From Haliotis rubra (taxonomy: Eukaryota), in assembly GCF_003918875.1 (NCBI RefSeq), contig NW_025767179.1:1736001-1800000 (forward strand): a DNA stretch of 64,000 nucleotides, given 5' to 3'. The notes under the pieces were generated by a model. The model did no database searches. It was not told the origin of the DNA and worked only from the letters and a program-made list of their open reading frames with translations. How positions within the stretch are numbered: the stretch's first letter is position 1; every line of letters starts with the position of its first letter. Below, one piece after another: positions 12,300 to 26,834 of this stretch. Position numbers and translations under genes: made by a program.

Positions 12300-14300
12300 T
12301 ATCAGACTTACAGTGAGGTGTAAACCAACTCAGACACATACGATGAAAAATGCTACGATCGACATGTACAGTTTGATGAAAACGAAGCTCCTCACTGTAA
12401 GACAGGAAGCAACTGTACACATGCATGTAACTATTTGCCCTCATTGTTTCCCGTTTTCATTATACACGTCTCATCACGTCGACGTCAGTGTTCAGATTCC
12501 ATGTTACCTTTACATACTTATGTGGAAAATAAACACTGATGAGCTATTTTGATGCAAACAGAGCCAACATGTGTAAGCTTTCGATGTCTGGTGATTAGTT
12601 AGTTGTGATTGAAAGTGGAATCATTTCACTCTTTTTGATGGCAAGTCTCTTATAAAACATAGAGGATAGTGACAGTCGTTAATTCCATGACGAGTATGTT
12701 TAACTCACATAATGGTGCTATATCTACAGTGGTGTTTATTTCTAAAAGAGGTTGGAAATACTCAACCTAATGATATCCCTCGTTTGTGTGGTCCGCTAAA
12801 TGTTAAGTCCGACATTAAAGAACAGACAAGCAATATACTCGTGTGCTCCCCAGAGAAAAACTTCAAGACGAAGTTCATCATACTGTAATATTTACAATAA
12901 CAACGTGTTTTGGTTCAATTCATCGGTCTGTCAACAAGTGTAACGTGTTTACCCGCGTATCCCTTGACATTACACCCCCCGGAATGTTTCACGTTATCCT
13001 TTCCTGACGCTGTGTATACTTGTGACCTTAATTTATTGACGTTTTAAACTTAATTTAGTCTGGAGAGGAGCCAAAGGTAAAGAATGTGGCAACCTGGGGG
13101 CACAGGAATATCCCCAAAACGATTCAAAGATCAAAACCAGAATTACGTGACTCTACATATCCCAAGGTCTTAAAGTCACTACAAGTTGCCAAGACAAGAA
13201 GTAAATACAAGTAATTTTCTAAAGTTTTGTAGAAGAGTCACATACATGCTTCTCTCTAGAGTCATGAGTATTCAATACTTTGCCCCATATCTATCATGGG
13301 AAAGTGCACATTGTCAGAAATTCACTGAAAACCATCAGCGAGTCAATCAATGAGGCATCGTAAACTGGCCTAGTGGGTCTTTAATCACAGAAACTGGCGC
13401 GGCTCATGCAGACTAATATCCTTTTCTAGGTTGGAACGTGGTTTCTGTTTTGTCAAGGCTCGATTAGTATACGGGGCATCAAGGTGCAGCTAAGAATGAG
13501 CATACCACCACGTACATCCCTAGTATTCATTCTCCCCCAAACTATTTTCAATGATGTTGCTTCAGTGCAAACGGCTATCCGGAGTTAGCTCAAAGGTCTC
13601 AGAGCGCAATTGTGCGTAATTTGATAAATGTAGAAAGCCGTTAGGGTACGATGACACATAATAGCCAAGTGACATATTGTGATCACCGTTTTAAGTATAT
13701 TGTGACTATTTAATTTAGAAGTGTTGTGCACGAGGACAGCTTATATTTTTCTACAAATGCAATGATATAACTACATATTTTTGTCTGTAGTCGGCAGTTC
13801 TCTGAAAGTTGTTTTCAGGAAGAGTCTTGTTATTTCGCAGTGGACTGTTGTTTATGTAGTTGAAGTAATTAAAAAATGCGATAAATGATTGATGAGGCAA
13901 TAAAATGTCGATTGCTGTAATGGGCAAATCTAATGGATGTCGGCGGCAGCGAAGGTCCTTCACACTATATACCTTCATGTACACATAAATATGAAAACCT
14001 TTATCGTTCGAAAGAATGGGGTTGGTACAGATACCAGAATGTCTTACCAACATGACAAGTGGATGATAATTTGGATACACTGAACTCCTTCCATATCTAT
14101 TTAAGATCTAAGAACGTTTACCGTTGTGTTTCAAGACAGGGAATGACGCAAGTGGATTTACGAGAGAGTCTTCTCTACTGACTTAATGAAATTAAGTGGG
14201 TGACGGGGTGACATTTCTTCCGATTGATTACGTTAAGGCATGGAGAGTCTTTGCCACAAACCTTCTGTACATTATATATGCTACAATTATGTATGTAGAC
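12300..14300 (-). pseudogene. Decayed Penelope-like relic
   Basis: ILSNDKGFHIYV (ADKG motif) in ORF 13751-14080. DNA similarity to the relic at 17.7-19.5 kb. Confidence 0.45.
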
Positions 14301-14449
14301 GTTATGTAAAAATACGTACTTTCCTGGTAATTATTTAATTTATGTTCGCATTTGTTTATGGTGTAGTTCATATTTGATGTATACACCTGGTATCATAACT
14401 ATTTGATGGTGACTCATTTACACGTGTTCATGATAATCAAGCTGGGCAG

Positions 14450-17400
14450 AGGTTTTAATGGGTGTGGAAACTGTCCCGTCAGAGATGTTATTGTTAGACA
14501 ATACAAATTTAACTTACGGTTTTGCCTTCTGCAGCGACCCCAATGCTATGTTTCCATCGTATGTTGTCTTGTTAAAGTTCCTGTACATGATGGACCTGAA
14601 TGCCATGATTTTATATTATGATTGTTTTGTTTTATCAAATGAGCAAGGTGAACTTATCGAGTGTTAGTATACCAATGGATTGCGTCGGGAAGCTGTTTTC
14701 CACTGTATTTGCGGTAGCGGTACTAGCAGGTCCTACTCTTCCACAACGTTACAACGACCTGCCTGAGAGTGTCTGTTCCACGGTAACCATATACTCATTC
14801 AGTAAACATAAGCGTGTTTTAGTTGCTATTGCTACATGTTGATTCCCAAGTTGAAACTAAAGAGTTAACCAGGAATCAGTGATGTAATAAACAATTGTGT
14901 TCCCAACTTAACTGGATTCACAAAACACAAAGTTGTGTGTCATTACACATTCGGTGGCAATATACTATAATAACAGCTTTTATAGCAAAATATACAGTGA
15001 TATCAATATTCACCTCTCAGCAACAGCAATCTAACGTGGATAAAATGGTCAAGCAAGATTATCCAAGAGTAGAGAGTAATGACGCAAAATGATAGTTTTC
15101 TTGTGGCTTGGCATGTAATGTGAGATAACCTTATATACACAAGAATAAGATGCCAGAAAAGTCATGCAGTGCAAGCATATTGAATATTTCCAAATAAAAC
15201 ACGTTGGGAATAGGTAAATGCATAATGTCATTGATTAGGTACAAATTCACCAAAACAAAGAGGGTGCATGTGTCGGTCGTATGTCTTCAGATACGTCCTG
15301 CCTTGGTTCTGAGCTTACAAACATGTGTCCTTGTTCGTTTATATTTAATATAAAACAAGTGCTTTGAAAGTTCATATTAGGGCGGAAAAAATGTGTGCAG
15401 AAATGTAGCTGTAGCAAAAGGGGAAAACCAGTAAACTAAGTTTTGAAAAATGTCCGTATAATTAAAATTCAATTTATTTAATGAATTTGAAGTACATTTT
15501 GGAATAGGCTTATTCCCATCTGACATGATATTTATCATACTTGCAAGAGTGGTTTCAGTAGACACGTACCGGTTGAAAGAAAACACAACAATCATATTGC
15601 ATGAACAATACTCATCCGTTGCATGAAGGTCGATATAAAAGGGAATAAAAGAACTTACATCACCATAATTACTCTATTAAAAGCGTTAAATAATAACTCA
15701 CTCACTCACTCACTCACTATTAAAAGCAGAGTCTATTGGATGATTCCGAGAGTATCATCGATATGTGGTTATGAATCACTGTCAAATTATTAAAATCTCA
15801 ACACGGCGCAGTTAAACGTCGTCACTTCACCATTAACTTAGCAAAACAACTTGTCAATGTTACGTTGCAGGATGAAATGTCGAAATGTACACACAATCTG
15901 TCTACAGTACAAACAAAACAACTAACGGGTTTTGATTTGTGGAGTATATTTTGCCATAGATTTACAATTGGTATTTCACCTGTCTGTAAGCTTATACAAT
16001 GTATTTGGTATTTCAGTTAATCCGATTGCATGAAGAAACAGCGCCTGTTCTAAACATTGACAGAACATGGAGTAAAGAAAATGCGTTGATTGGACACTTT
16101 CGGAAAAGAAAACCATGTAGCTAACGAATATTGATATTGAGTGATTACATTATTTGGGTGTTACTCTGCATTGTGTCACCTTATATTTGTATTTGTCATC
16201 TGTTTTGATATATAATTTGATTTAGGAAAATGACAAGTTTTTTGGCATTAATTCCTCGTTTCATTAGCGTGTAAAGTTAAAAAATACAAACTGGTGTTTC
16301 ATGTCAGAAAAACAGTACACTAACTATGACCATCTCTAACTACCAAAACATACTGTGTGACACTAACATCTCCACATTGCTATTTTAGAAGTGGCAAAAA
16401 TATTAATAACATCATTTGTTTCGCTTTTTTCTTAAAATAAAAGCTGTTGCTCAAGACAATTGATGTTAAGCACACATCGGCCTCGTTGTAACTACCTGAC
16501 AAGCATATTGTTGAACGAGTATTATTACGAGTTTTTGTAACGTCCCTTTGAACAGTAATTCAGTATGACACGGCAAACATTGATACAAACGGGGATTGGG
16601 AACCATGAGAATAGATTTCAGGATACCTTTTATAAAAACTGGATACTAGAAATTATTAACTTACGTAACGTAATAGCCGAAGCGAGCTTAGAAACAGAGC
16701 AGCTCGAACAAATATGTACATTAAAATATTAAAATAATTATGCTCAATCATTGATTTTGGACACCACCTGCAAATGTACATGCTTCTCGATAAAATCATC
16801 AAAACACCCGTAGCCATAAATTATGATCGGTCCCTTAGTACTTTACAGTGAACATCCAAAGGCTAAGAGCTAATAATGAGTATTTATTGATTTTTTGCTC
16901 TGCATTTAGTTAAATAGAACAGAATGTGTAGCCGTTTTGAGTCTTATGTATATAAATGTATTTATCTCTCCAGTTCCCTGAGTATTAAAGACAATCCAAG
17001 TTCCATTATTGTCTTACAAAGCGGCGATATTGGAAAATGGAAGACTGTCAACTTCGCTGAGAGTCGAAGCTTATTTCTTTGATCCTTATTCACTAAACCT
17101 GGCTCTGTTTCTTCTGATCCCAGTGCAGTGTCAATCCTAATATCCTGTCAAATGTTGGACAGAGGAATATATGTTTCTGGTTAGACTAGTTAAGAATCGA
17201 TTTATATTTTGAGTGTTTTGGAAAAGTTTCCCAAAGGCTTTTATTGAAGTAACGCCACATTCTTTCTCTCTTTATTCCTTCTGTTCTCTGTGCAAACATT
17301 TAACCGTCTCTGAGTCCTTACCGTTAAGTACAGGTTATACATATGTAGGTTTAGATTAGAGGATTTGTTTTGGTTGTACCTTGGAGGTCTGAACTGAAGC

Positions 17401-17450
17401 GTTATGGCAGAAAATAATATGAACATATCCGTCTGTCAGGCTCACTGTAT
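14450..17450 (-). pseudogene. Decayed Penelope-like relic
   Basis: L..LQFRP (GL.F.P-like), a DK..G.IV-like motif near 17000, and a KP.N motif (clearer in the paralog at about 27700). Confidence 0.35.
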
Positions 17451-17749
17451 TTCCATATTGTATGAGCACTGTTTTATATGTCTTGAATGTCAATATATAG
17501 TCAGGAGGTGCTTGCTTTCACAACAGCATAACAGACAGAATTGATCATGTGTTATCAGAATTACTGCAATATGTCCTGTACCTTCTGAAAAACAGTGAGA
17601 AAGCGACTCAATTTCATACCACACAACAATGCGTTAGTGATAAACTTGAAGTTGCCTTGGCACTCCAAATTCTTCTGTATAATTAATATACAACGCACCA
17701 GAAGCGTCTTTACAACTGAACAATCACATTGCAGCACGAACTTCATGTG

Positions 17750-19450
17750 GAGGAACCTATGGACGTAGTGATGATATGTGATCAGTAAGTACCACCACTC
17801 CAAGGGTACCTCAATTTAACAGGTGATATAAAACCGTACGTCGAATGCGTCAGGTGCAGTTCGACGTTTTCAGCAGCAGCAACAAAGACGAACGTTTAAG
17901 ACTGAAGGTGGCTTCATTTAGCAAATCGCTAAGTAGAACTTGGTAGAAATCACCTGGCAAAGTTCAACACTGTTTTCCTCCATATTATCCTTTTCTGAAG
18001 CAAACTTATGGTAATAATCACCTCACACCTGAACAATACTTATGTGAAAGGGTAACAAACACCTCCGTGATAATATGTAGTGGGATATCGGCTTCTGAAT
18101 GCAGTTAACACTGAGGGAACAATTAAGTTTTGCACTTTCAAAGGCCAATTTTCTCAATCACAGACAATACTTGTTTTTCTGCCAGTATGTCAGTTATAAG
18201 AACGTTTTCCCAACTGAAATTATGGTACCTATTATTACGGTACTTGACACCCAATGGGGTTTTACACTGATTACCTATTAAGGTAAGACGGGCAATATAC
18301 ATTATAATTGTGTGGTCAACAGTAAAACGAAATAATATCAATATTTTACAAGTTATGCTGTTAATGTTGTTAAGCTGTCAGCATTTGTAGATAGTTCAAT
18401 ACATAACACTGTCCTAGCAAAGCCTTGACCTAACATTTCCCATGTTCGTTCATACATTAATGCCATTTATGTCATTGACCTGTATTTTACGGAATTCGTA
18501 TTTGACTTGATTCCCAGGTTTTACTTGTTCAGGTGGTTATTACATTGGATTGCTTGAGCTGACGGGGCTCTCGAGAATTTTCTTCTCTTGCCTTCGTACC
18601 TTAGTTCTAATTATCTTTTAGATATCAATTTAAAATAAACCCCTTAGCATTTGTTTGTCTCGCTCACTAGTGGAGTACTGGTCCGCGTATCCTCTGATCT
18701 TCAAATGTTTTGCGAGGCATGGATCAGGTTTACGCTCTTTAGTTATCGCTAAGCCATATCGCTATTTTTGTTTGCTTTTCTTCGTTTATTTGTTTAAAAA
18801 CGCAAACAAACACATAATGACTCGAACTCTTCGTTTTCGTTTAAAAGGTGGGTAGTTGGCCGCTGATCGGTCGATGCATGCCTTTTGCTGTGGAAGCATG
18901 GCGTATAATTACCACTCTACTCCAATGCTGGCCGATTAAGCCAAGTGGTTTTGAATGTTGTATCTCCCTGAGGCTTGCCTCAAAGAAAGCATGCATCTGT
19001 TCGTTACAGACGTGGTTTAATCATGTTGATTTAGGACGGCAGGAGCGTTGGTAATGCGACTCTTACCACGTATAGCACATCTAGATGAACATGCACGGTA
19101 ATTAGCCTGTTTCGTGTGATGTATGTGACGGTCAAGATGCAAAAGATTCAGCATGTGCCAGTACGGCCAGGACAATCAGTGTAAGTCATCTTTTTTCACT
19201 ACAACCAACAGAGTATTTATTTCCGCCTGATTCAAATGGATGATCCCTTATCAACTGAGTTTTCGAGTGATTGGGTCACACTGACCTGACTTAGAAATGT
19301 ATCAGCTAGACAGTTGACTGAATCTGTCAGTGCAGGTCGATGTAACATTCCACTTGACCTCCCTTTGGTCACTTGTTTAACAAAATCCATCTTTGAATGC
19401 TTTATTTAGACATTGCTGGGGCCATTCAGACTACTACAAAGTCTGAAACA
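17750..19450 (-). pseudogene. Decayed Penelope-like relic (RT plus GIY-YIG)
   Basis: In PLE order: SVDKGSSI (19235-19258), LPKIHK-like (LMP*IN in the paralog at 33309), TWLNRP, HLNK*NLGIK (LN..HP.IKF), then a Y.G.T-like endonuclease motif near 17975. Confidence 0.55.
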
Positions 19451-19749
19451 AGAGGTGTGTTAAGTGAATGTATGCAAGCAATTGCACCACATCTTACCAT
19501 GCTGTGGGGAACACGGATCGCGACATTGCTATTTGACATCTTACAACTGACCTTGGAATAATCGAAAACGAATTTTTAATTTTTTTTATTTTGCTGTCTT
19601 TTTGTATATTTAGACACGTACATTTGTAGATATGAAGGACAGTTTAGCTTTGTGTTAATTGTGTTTGATCGCATTGTTGCACGTGGCTTTCCTAGTGTGT
19701 GAGAGAATTTAATAAAGGGTCTTTTAATGGTAATTTAAAACGAATCCAG

Positions 19750-20750
19750 GATTGGAACCCAATATTGTAGACCGAATATTTTGGCGTGATAAATCTGATT
19801 TTGATATACACACATTACGGTAAAGCACGAAATGTCACTATACCGCGATGCCTCTGCACAGTGCGAAAAAGTGTGGTTCATCACAGTTACAGTGCTGTTA
19901 GATCTGGAACAACCTGAAATCCCCAAGTGTAGTCCCACAAACGACGAACAGGTATATTCTGGCTGACCATATAACATATACATTCAGCACTCCGCATCTT
20001 CGGGGTCAACGTCGAATGTTTGCTCACGTGTATCATGTTGAATTGTGCCACAATAGCCTGCGAACTACCAATCAGCAGATCTTGACACGACTAAGGAGGT
20101 TAATATAAGATTACCTGGCATTCACCTAACGGCAGTGGACTGATAACTCAGAAATAAAGCTATTCCAACAATCTCCAACATACTGCCATCTATAACTTCC
20201 TGAGTATGCAATACATATTGTCGTACTATTTGGTGAGAATCAACCTTATCTCATTCATCCTTACACACACAAACTGACAGGGCTCGGCTCGGCGTTAAAC
20301 CAACCATCCTGTCATGCTGGACCTAGGAATTTCTAGTGTGTCTAGCCAAGATCTATTGCTAAATACTATGTGTGCTCTACATAAAGATGTTTTTAATGAT
20401 GTAGAGCCCCATTCTTCCTCTCGCGACTGTATTCCTTCACTCATCTAGCATGGCATCTATACCACCTGCTTCATACGTTTCGCTGAGTTTTTTAACCGTC
20501 TAAAACTAATTTCCCTATGTTGATTAAGAGCATGTTTGCAAGCACTTGCTCTCTAAACGCAATACGTCGTCGAGCTAACACATCCTGTCGGACAATGTAA
20601 TTAGTCTTAAAGTGCTCGAAAAGGGCAGTCAAGACGTAGTGACCACTATCGCTAAACCCATCCATTTTTTCGGGGTCACTAATTTAGTGCAATGTATGTA
20701 CCGGTAGCCAATCGCTTTTTTTATGTATTTTTCATTTCTTTATTATTCAA
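19750..20750 (-). pseudogene. Decayed Penelope-like relic (RT core plus GIY-YIG)
   Basis: DGLA(M)GS-like at 20641-20663. (L)DDVL, which is an intact YIDDVL in the paralog at 36946-36963. C..FVG near 19940. Confidence 0.6.
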
Positions 20751-20837
20751 TATATTATTTATTCTACCATAACTTCAGTATATACTGGATTGTGATTGGT
20801 TAATTAAAGTCATTCGGAGGTATATAATCACGTTATA

Positions 20838-20966
20838 CAGGGCCTCCTTTCACAAAGCACTAAGGTGGTCGTAAGTCACTAAGGTAACATTAGTGCAATG
20901 TTGAAGAATGGGAGTTAAGGTTAATCTTACTTATTAGTAAAGGTTGCTTCGTGAAAGGAGCCCCTG
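20838..20966. mobile_element. MITE (PIF/Harbinger-like)
   Basis: Terminal inverted repeats CAGGGCCTCCTTTCACAAAGCA / TGCTTCGTGAAAGGAGCCCCTG; absent from copy B. Confidence 0.7.
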
Positions 20967-21249
20967 GTCTCTGATTTTCCGTGCGCAATTATACATGGTT
21001 AACGGTTATGCACTATTTTTGTCTGCCCACCAACATGGCGGACACGAAACAACCTACCGATGCATCGATAAATTACGGCGATTTTGCTGTCGGAAATTAC
21101 ACATATGTCATTAAAGATGGATTTGGCGATGACGGGCTCGACTCACTACTTGCGTAAATCACAGCAATAGGTGTTTATATACACAAAAGTACTTCGAAAG
21201 CATGGAAACAAATTTTCAGTCGAACAAGATCAAAACATCGTCTGCTTTC

Positions 21250-23150
21250 CGAATAAAAATTCAGCAAGAAAAATATGTTTACGTTGATTCTATGTTATTT
21301 CAAAATAGATTAAGCAACGCGTTCGGATTTAAATTTAGAGCTATTATAATTTCGTTATACCTCTGATTTTCCCACACAGTATGTTTATCTCTTAATTCAA
21401 GGTACGTCTTCAAAATATTGGCATTTTCATTTGCTTGAAACATCTTTTTCATCCAGTAAACAAGGCAAGTGATTAACAGTCGAATGATATATCGATAGAC
21501 AGTAATCGGTTACACAACAGGATAAAAAGAGTAAATCATCAAAACCACTGCAATTCCCGCATATCACCTGAAACACAATGAGAGAGAAATAGCACCAACA
21601 GCACCTGCAGCACCGACGAGTTCGTGACACATGCTTATACACAGTGGGGGACAGTTGAAACAATTTGAATCTTCAACTGGATAGACATTTCACTTATCAC
21701 TTAAATTTTAGATCAAGGGAAACTTCACATTCCACATTTAACTAATTCTATTAAGACACACGCTATGTTGACAACAGAGCTTAAAGCAACAAGGTCTTTA
21801 TAGTTACAAGATTAAATCAGATGATTGAGGATAAAACGTGTATTACCCCGATAATCAACTACATCATAATGCCTAAGTGATTCAATCAGCGACCACAGTT
21901 TATCTGTATCAGGAATATGTTCATCAAACATGGTAAAAGCACTTTTGCTGTGGATGCCTTGATATCTTTACACTGTACTGTCTTGGTTCTCAAAAGTTCT
22001 AGTTAGCTATAAGGTCTTTTTAAGGAATATTCCAACATTGAAATGAATGGAACAAAACGGTGGCACAAGGCGAACTTGCTTGCACATGTTGATAAATTTA
22101 GAGCGATTAAACTTAAAGAGATTACTGTCCAGCAGAACTGTTTCAGAATTAAAGGGAGGGAGACTGAGTGTCCTCAGTTTTTGCCCTGATGTCACAGAAT
22201 GATGCAATGTGTACAAAACTAATTTCAGTAAGTTCCATCAATGACATAGAGGTATATTTCTATTTCTAAACTTATTAAATGGGTCATTTTGTATAGATGG
22301 ATATTTACATGATATTTTCAGGTAGACAGGTAGACGGGCATCAACAAAAAGACATTACCAATGATAGTCGTCTGCTGTATGTATGCTGAGGTTTTCATTG
22401 GATTTCACTGGATTGTGTTTGTTAAGCTGATGCAATGTCTGAGGCACATAGGGTTAGTACATTCTGAAGGTATGTTAATTCTTACACCCATGTCCTAGGA
22501 ACTGCCTGAACTAGTATTACAGCTGAACAACTTCACGATGCGCGATAAAGGAACCTTCTGTCAGTTTTCCTAATATACATCGTGATACCGATTGTGATTT
22601 GCTGTTCAGAGTTGAGACGTTCAGAAGAAACTATACCCATGTCTGAATTCTGTACAGAAAAGCCTCTAGGCAAAGTCTGTACATTCACAATGGTTCTAAA
22701 GAGTACTGAATATACAGGTGCAGGGTTGGCGTCCAATATACGTTATGGTAAGGAATATTATCCTGACCATGGACAAGAATACATAATTACATGACACACC
22801 TCCCCTTCCATACCTTATTGACCTGTGAGGATTGGGGCAGACTTTGATCTTAAGTTAAACATGCGTGTTGTACGAAGTCGGATCGGGTAAGCAGACTGTC
22901 TGATTAAGTCATCATATCGTACATTGATTTCTCATTATGTCAATCACTTGATTGTCTGGCCCAGGTACGAACATGTAAAGACTGCTGTCATATAGCTAGA
23001 ACAATGCCTAGCACATCATTAAAAGGAAACAAATACACTTCCCATCGTATCCAGGTAGTCAACCTTTGGCTGACGTCATGAATCGTCCTGATCTCTTGTT
23101 TATTTTACCTGTACCTATTATGCACATGAGGTAAATGCAGATAAGAGACA
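21250..23150 (-). pseudogene. Decayed Penelope-like RT relic
   Basis: ORF 22007-22216 YTLHH...ETVLLDSNLFKFN....VPPFCSI..VG matches the PLE pattern LYT..L.LVL..N.F.FN..Q..G..AP..A.I.MG. Confidence 0.55.
22822..23030 (+). mobile_element. Old SINE family B copy
   Basis: Diverged match (ATCACTTGATTGTCTGGCCCAG...CATATAGCT). Confidence 0.55.
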
Positions 23151-24074
23151 GGTCCCTTCACAGACACAACAGGACGGACGTTTTATGACTGGTATTAAGC
23201 TAATCACCTCCCACTGCCACGAAATCACATGTGGTTGCATGTTTTCCTCCATGTTTCCCCTTCTGATAACCATTTTCAGCAAATCAGATCACATCTGAAC
23301 CTTTATGTGAAAGGTAAACACTTCCGAGCCAGTTTGTTAGCCGAGCAGCTGAGCGAAACGCGTGTGAGGTCTTGACGGTTTCTAAAGACACTTAATATTG
23401 CATGAATATTGCCACATTGCAATTTTTATCACGTCATTTTTGGTAAATAGAGGAGATAGTGATGGTAGTTATTTCCAGATAGTGTGTCAGTGAAGAGAAT
23501 GTCTGTCCAAGAGAAACATTAGACAGATATCATGGCGGTAAATGTTTTTCGCTGAAGTTTTTTTTTCCAGAGGTTGTACTGAACACGACACGCAGTCGAG
23601 GCAATATGGTTCGTGTACTCTCTAGTGGAAAACATTGTCGAAACTAGTTGGTAATAACGCTGTACATGTTGTCAAGCTGTCAGTATGTCTTGACTGTTTA
23701 ATACATAAGTTGTTATCACTAAGACTTTCTACTTGTGTACATACCTTATTGCCACATTATCGTCTCCGCCTGCAGTTCGAAAAATTCTTTTTCGGATGGG
23801 ATTCATTAGTTCTATTTGTTCAAGTCATTATTACATTGCGTTACATAATCTGGTGGCAGCCGTGGCTTCCGAGCACATATTGTTGGTTATTGTGTATCTA
23901 ATTTATGTTTCTGTTCAGTTGAACATGATTTTTAAGAACAAAGCACGTCCACCAGGGTTTCATGTTCGCAGGCGTAAGCACAGGCTTCAATATGCACATA
24001 CTTTGCGTAACGGGGATTCCATTCAACATTGTGCCCAACAGTTTACAGGTATATAGATACTTCCATAAATACCG

Positions 24075-24296
24075 TACCCGTGAAGATACGGGTTAGAATA
24101 TTGATCTTCAGAAACCCATGCTTGTCGTAAGAGGCGACGAACGGGATCGGGTGGTCGGTTCCCAATTGCGTAGATATATGCTCATGCTGTTGATCACTGG
24201 ATTGTCTGGTCCAGGTTCGATTATTTACAGACGCCATATAGCTGGAATATTGCTGAGTGCGGCGTAAAACTAAACCCACTCACTCACTAACTCACT
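24075..24296 (+). mobile_element. SINE family B
   Basis: TSD CCATAAATACC; ACTC tail. Confidence 0.9.
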
Positions 24297-24781
24297 CCAT
24301 AAATACCGAAAGGTCAAATTGCACGTGCAGGATATGGCCGGGCATTCTTGTCCAAAAAGAGAGGATGGTCAGCAGACAAACGTTTTGAAAAGTGAAAAAA
24401 ATGCAAAAGAGAACTTAAGTGCACGCTTTACATGTACACTGAAACCGTAGCGAGACCAATTCGTACTGGATCACACATACGACTAAAGATGATAAAAACT
24501 GTGGTAAACAGTGTGATGTAATCATAGTTTCTCTCATTATAACACAGGGATCATTTCGCTGACACAAACTGAACACGTGCATGTAATTATTTCTTTCAGT
24601 GTTTCCCAGTTCCACATATACACGAAGATTAACGCTGATGAGCTATTTTGATGCAAAAAGAGCCAATGGAAACGCGTGTGATGTTTTGATGTCTGGAAAA
24701 AGTTAAAATTGATTCGTTCACCCTTTTTGTAATGACATATCTCTTCTAAATTATAAAGGATAGTGACAGCCGTTACTTCCA

Positions 24782-25097
24782 GACCGAGGTGTAGTGGTTA
24801 GAAATGATGGTCGCGGGTTCGATCCCCGGCCCCGGCCCCGGCCGCGTCATACCATACGTTAAAATATGGTACTTGTTGGTCCCTACCTTGCGCTCGTCAT
24901 TAATGGGACTGGACGGCTCGGAATCAGTATAATGTGTCTGATTGGGGTATTCATGAATACCTGCGGCATGGTATCTCAGTGAGCTGGCACTGAAAAACCA
25001 GCTTAGGTCTGGGCTAGTACAAGCAGCCACACATACAAACTTATGTTCGTCGTCATATCGGCGAAATATTATTAAGTACGACCTTAAACCCCATTCA
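24782..25097 (+). mobile_element. tRNA-derived SINE, family C (long, conserved central domain)
   Basis: GTGTAGTGG A box and GGTTCGATCCC B box. Homologous to 59940-60291. Confidence 0.85.
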
Positions 25098-26402
25098 TCG
25101 GTCTGTCAACAAGTGTAACGTGTTTACCCGTGTATACCTTGACATTGCACCTCCCAGAATGTTACACGTTATCTTGTCTCGACGCTTTGTATACTTGTTA
25201 CCCCGAGAGTTAATGCGTGAACTAATTTTACTGTCGTTTTGAATTGCATTTAGTTATATCATGGTATGTTATCTGGAGAGGAGCGCAAAGTAAAGAATGT
25301 GGTGTATTTGTACATGTATATCTTTGTGAAACCTATGGTCACAATATCCCCAAAACCATCTTTACGTGACTGTGCATATCTCAAGGTATAGAAATGACTA
25401 CAATACAGATGTTTGTCGAATACTAGTAGTTACATAAATACTTCTCTCTGGAGTCATGAGTTTTCCATATGTAATGAAAAAGAGAACATCAATGAGGCAT
25501 CATAAACTGACCAAGTGGGTCTTTAATCACAGAACTGATATGATATTGTTAGTGGCTGTATCCTCGAAGGGGATTCAAATATCGTAACATTATTGTCGTC
25601 CCGATAGATACGTCCCAAAACAATTCAAGTAAATTTTAACATACTATTATGTTTAACTGTATATATGCTATTCACAATATGGCTAGATTGTCAAAATTGC
25701 TAACATCTGAAGGGATGGTTTAAATCATTGATGATGTGACTTAAAATCTTAACTCACTCACTCCCTTCAATCACAGACACTGCATACTAATATCCTTTTC
25801 TAGGTTGAAACGTGGTTTCTGTTTTGCTAAGGTTCGATTAGTATGCTGGGCATCAAGGTGCCACTAAGAATGAACATATCACCACGTACATCACTATACA
25901 TTCTCCCCCAAACTAGTTTTAATGATGTTGACCTAGAGCGAACAACTATCATGAGTTAACTCACTGGTCTCTGAGAGCAATACTGTGTGATTTGAAAAAA
26001 ACCGTGGAAAGCCGTTAGGGTTCAGAGACATATTTTGAACAGCAGATCTTGCATTCCGTTTCAAGTATATTGAGAATATTTTACAATCACTTAAAGTGGT
26101 CTGCATGAGGACACTGTTATATGTGCGCCATTGTTTATTTCTCTGCATGCGCAGTGACAAAGCTACATGTTTTTTGCCTGCAGTCTGCAAATCTTAAGAT
26201 ATTTCATAAGTATTTTCATTTGGCAATAAAATGTGGAGCGCTGTCATTGGCAGATTGTAAAGGAGTTCGGCGGCCGCGAAGGTTCTTCACATTATATATC
26301 TTCAGATCTGATAGATACTAAAACGTCTTATCAAAATGACAAATGGGTGATTATTTGGAAACATTAAACTACTTCCAGCGTCCATAAATATTTAGGATTA
26401 AT

Positions 26403-26568
26403 GTGAGTGAGTGAGTTTAGTTTTGCGCCGGTTTTAGCAATATTCCAGCAATATCACGACGGGGGACACCAGTAATGGGCTTCACACATTGTACCCATGT
26501 GAGGAATCGAACCCGAGTCTTCGGCGCGACGAGCGAACGCCTTAACCACTAGGCTTCCCCACCGCCCC
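26403..26568 (-). mobile_element. tRNA-derived SINE, family A
   Basis: Full copy; TSD TAGGATTAA. Confidence 0.9.
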
Positions 26569-26834
26569 TATGTAGGATTAAGGAATCTGGACAGTTGTGT
26601 TTCCAGACAGTGAGTGATACTTATTTATACAACAAGTTTAACTTGTCGAGTGTCCGTATCCCAGCTGATTGTGTCATAAGTGTCAGGAAGCCGTTTTTCC
26701 ACTGTCACATCCAGCGGTAATATAATACAAGAGCAGCTATCATAGCAATAAATACAGTGATATTTATATTCACCTCTCTGCAACAGTAATCCAACTCGGA
26801 AGAAAGGGGTAAGATTGTTTTTGGGCAGAGAGTT

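Larger units (their letters stand above)
12290..24330. repeat. Segmental tandem duplication, copy A
   Basis: Collinear anchors to copy B: 12535/24634, 12920/25094, 17050/28875, 18910/33191, 20570/36940, 21680/37515, 23290/38660, 23850/40025. Confidence 0.9.

Noticed and set aside
12530-12575. Hammerhead-like CTGATGA-stem motif (also 24630-24680)
   Set aside because: No single copy has GAAA correctly placed after stem II or an NUH cleavage triplet. The homologous region reads as PLE coding sequence on the opposite strand.
17734-17785. Plus-strand mini-exon HELHVEEPMDVV
   Set aside because: The donor site is not conserved in the paralog at about 31980, and no partner exons were found.
18848-19054. 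Cys-rich small ORF conserved in both duplicates (also 33072-33335)
   Set aside because: No ATG start or signal peptide. Conservation mirrors DNA identity and the opposite strand carries RT motifs.
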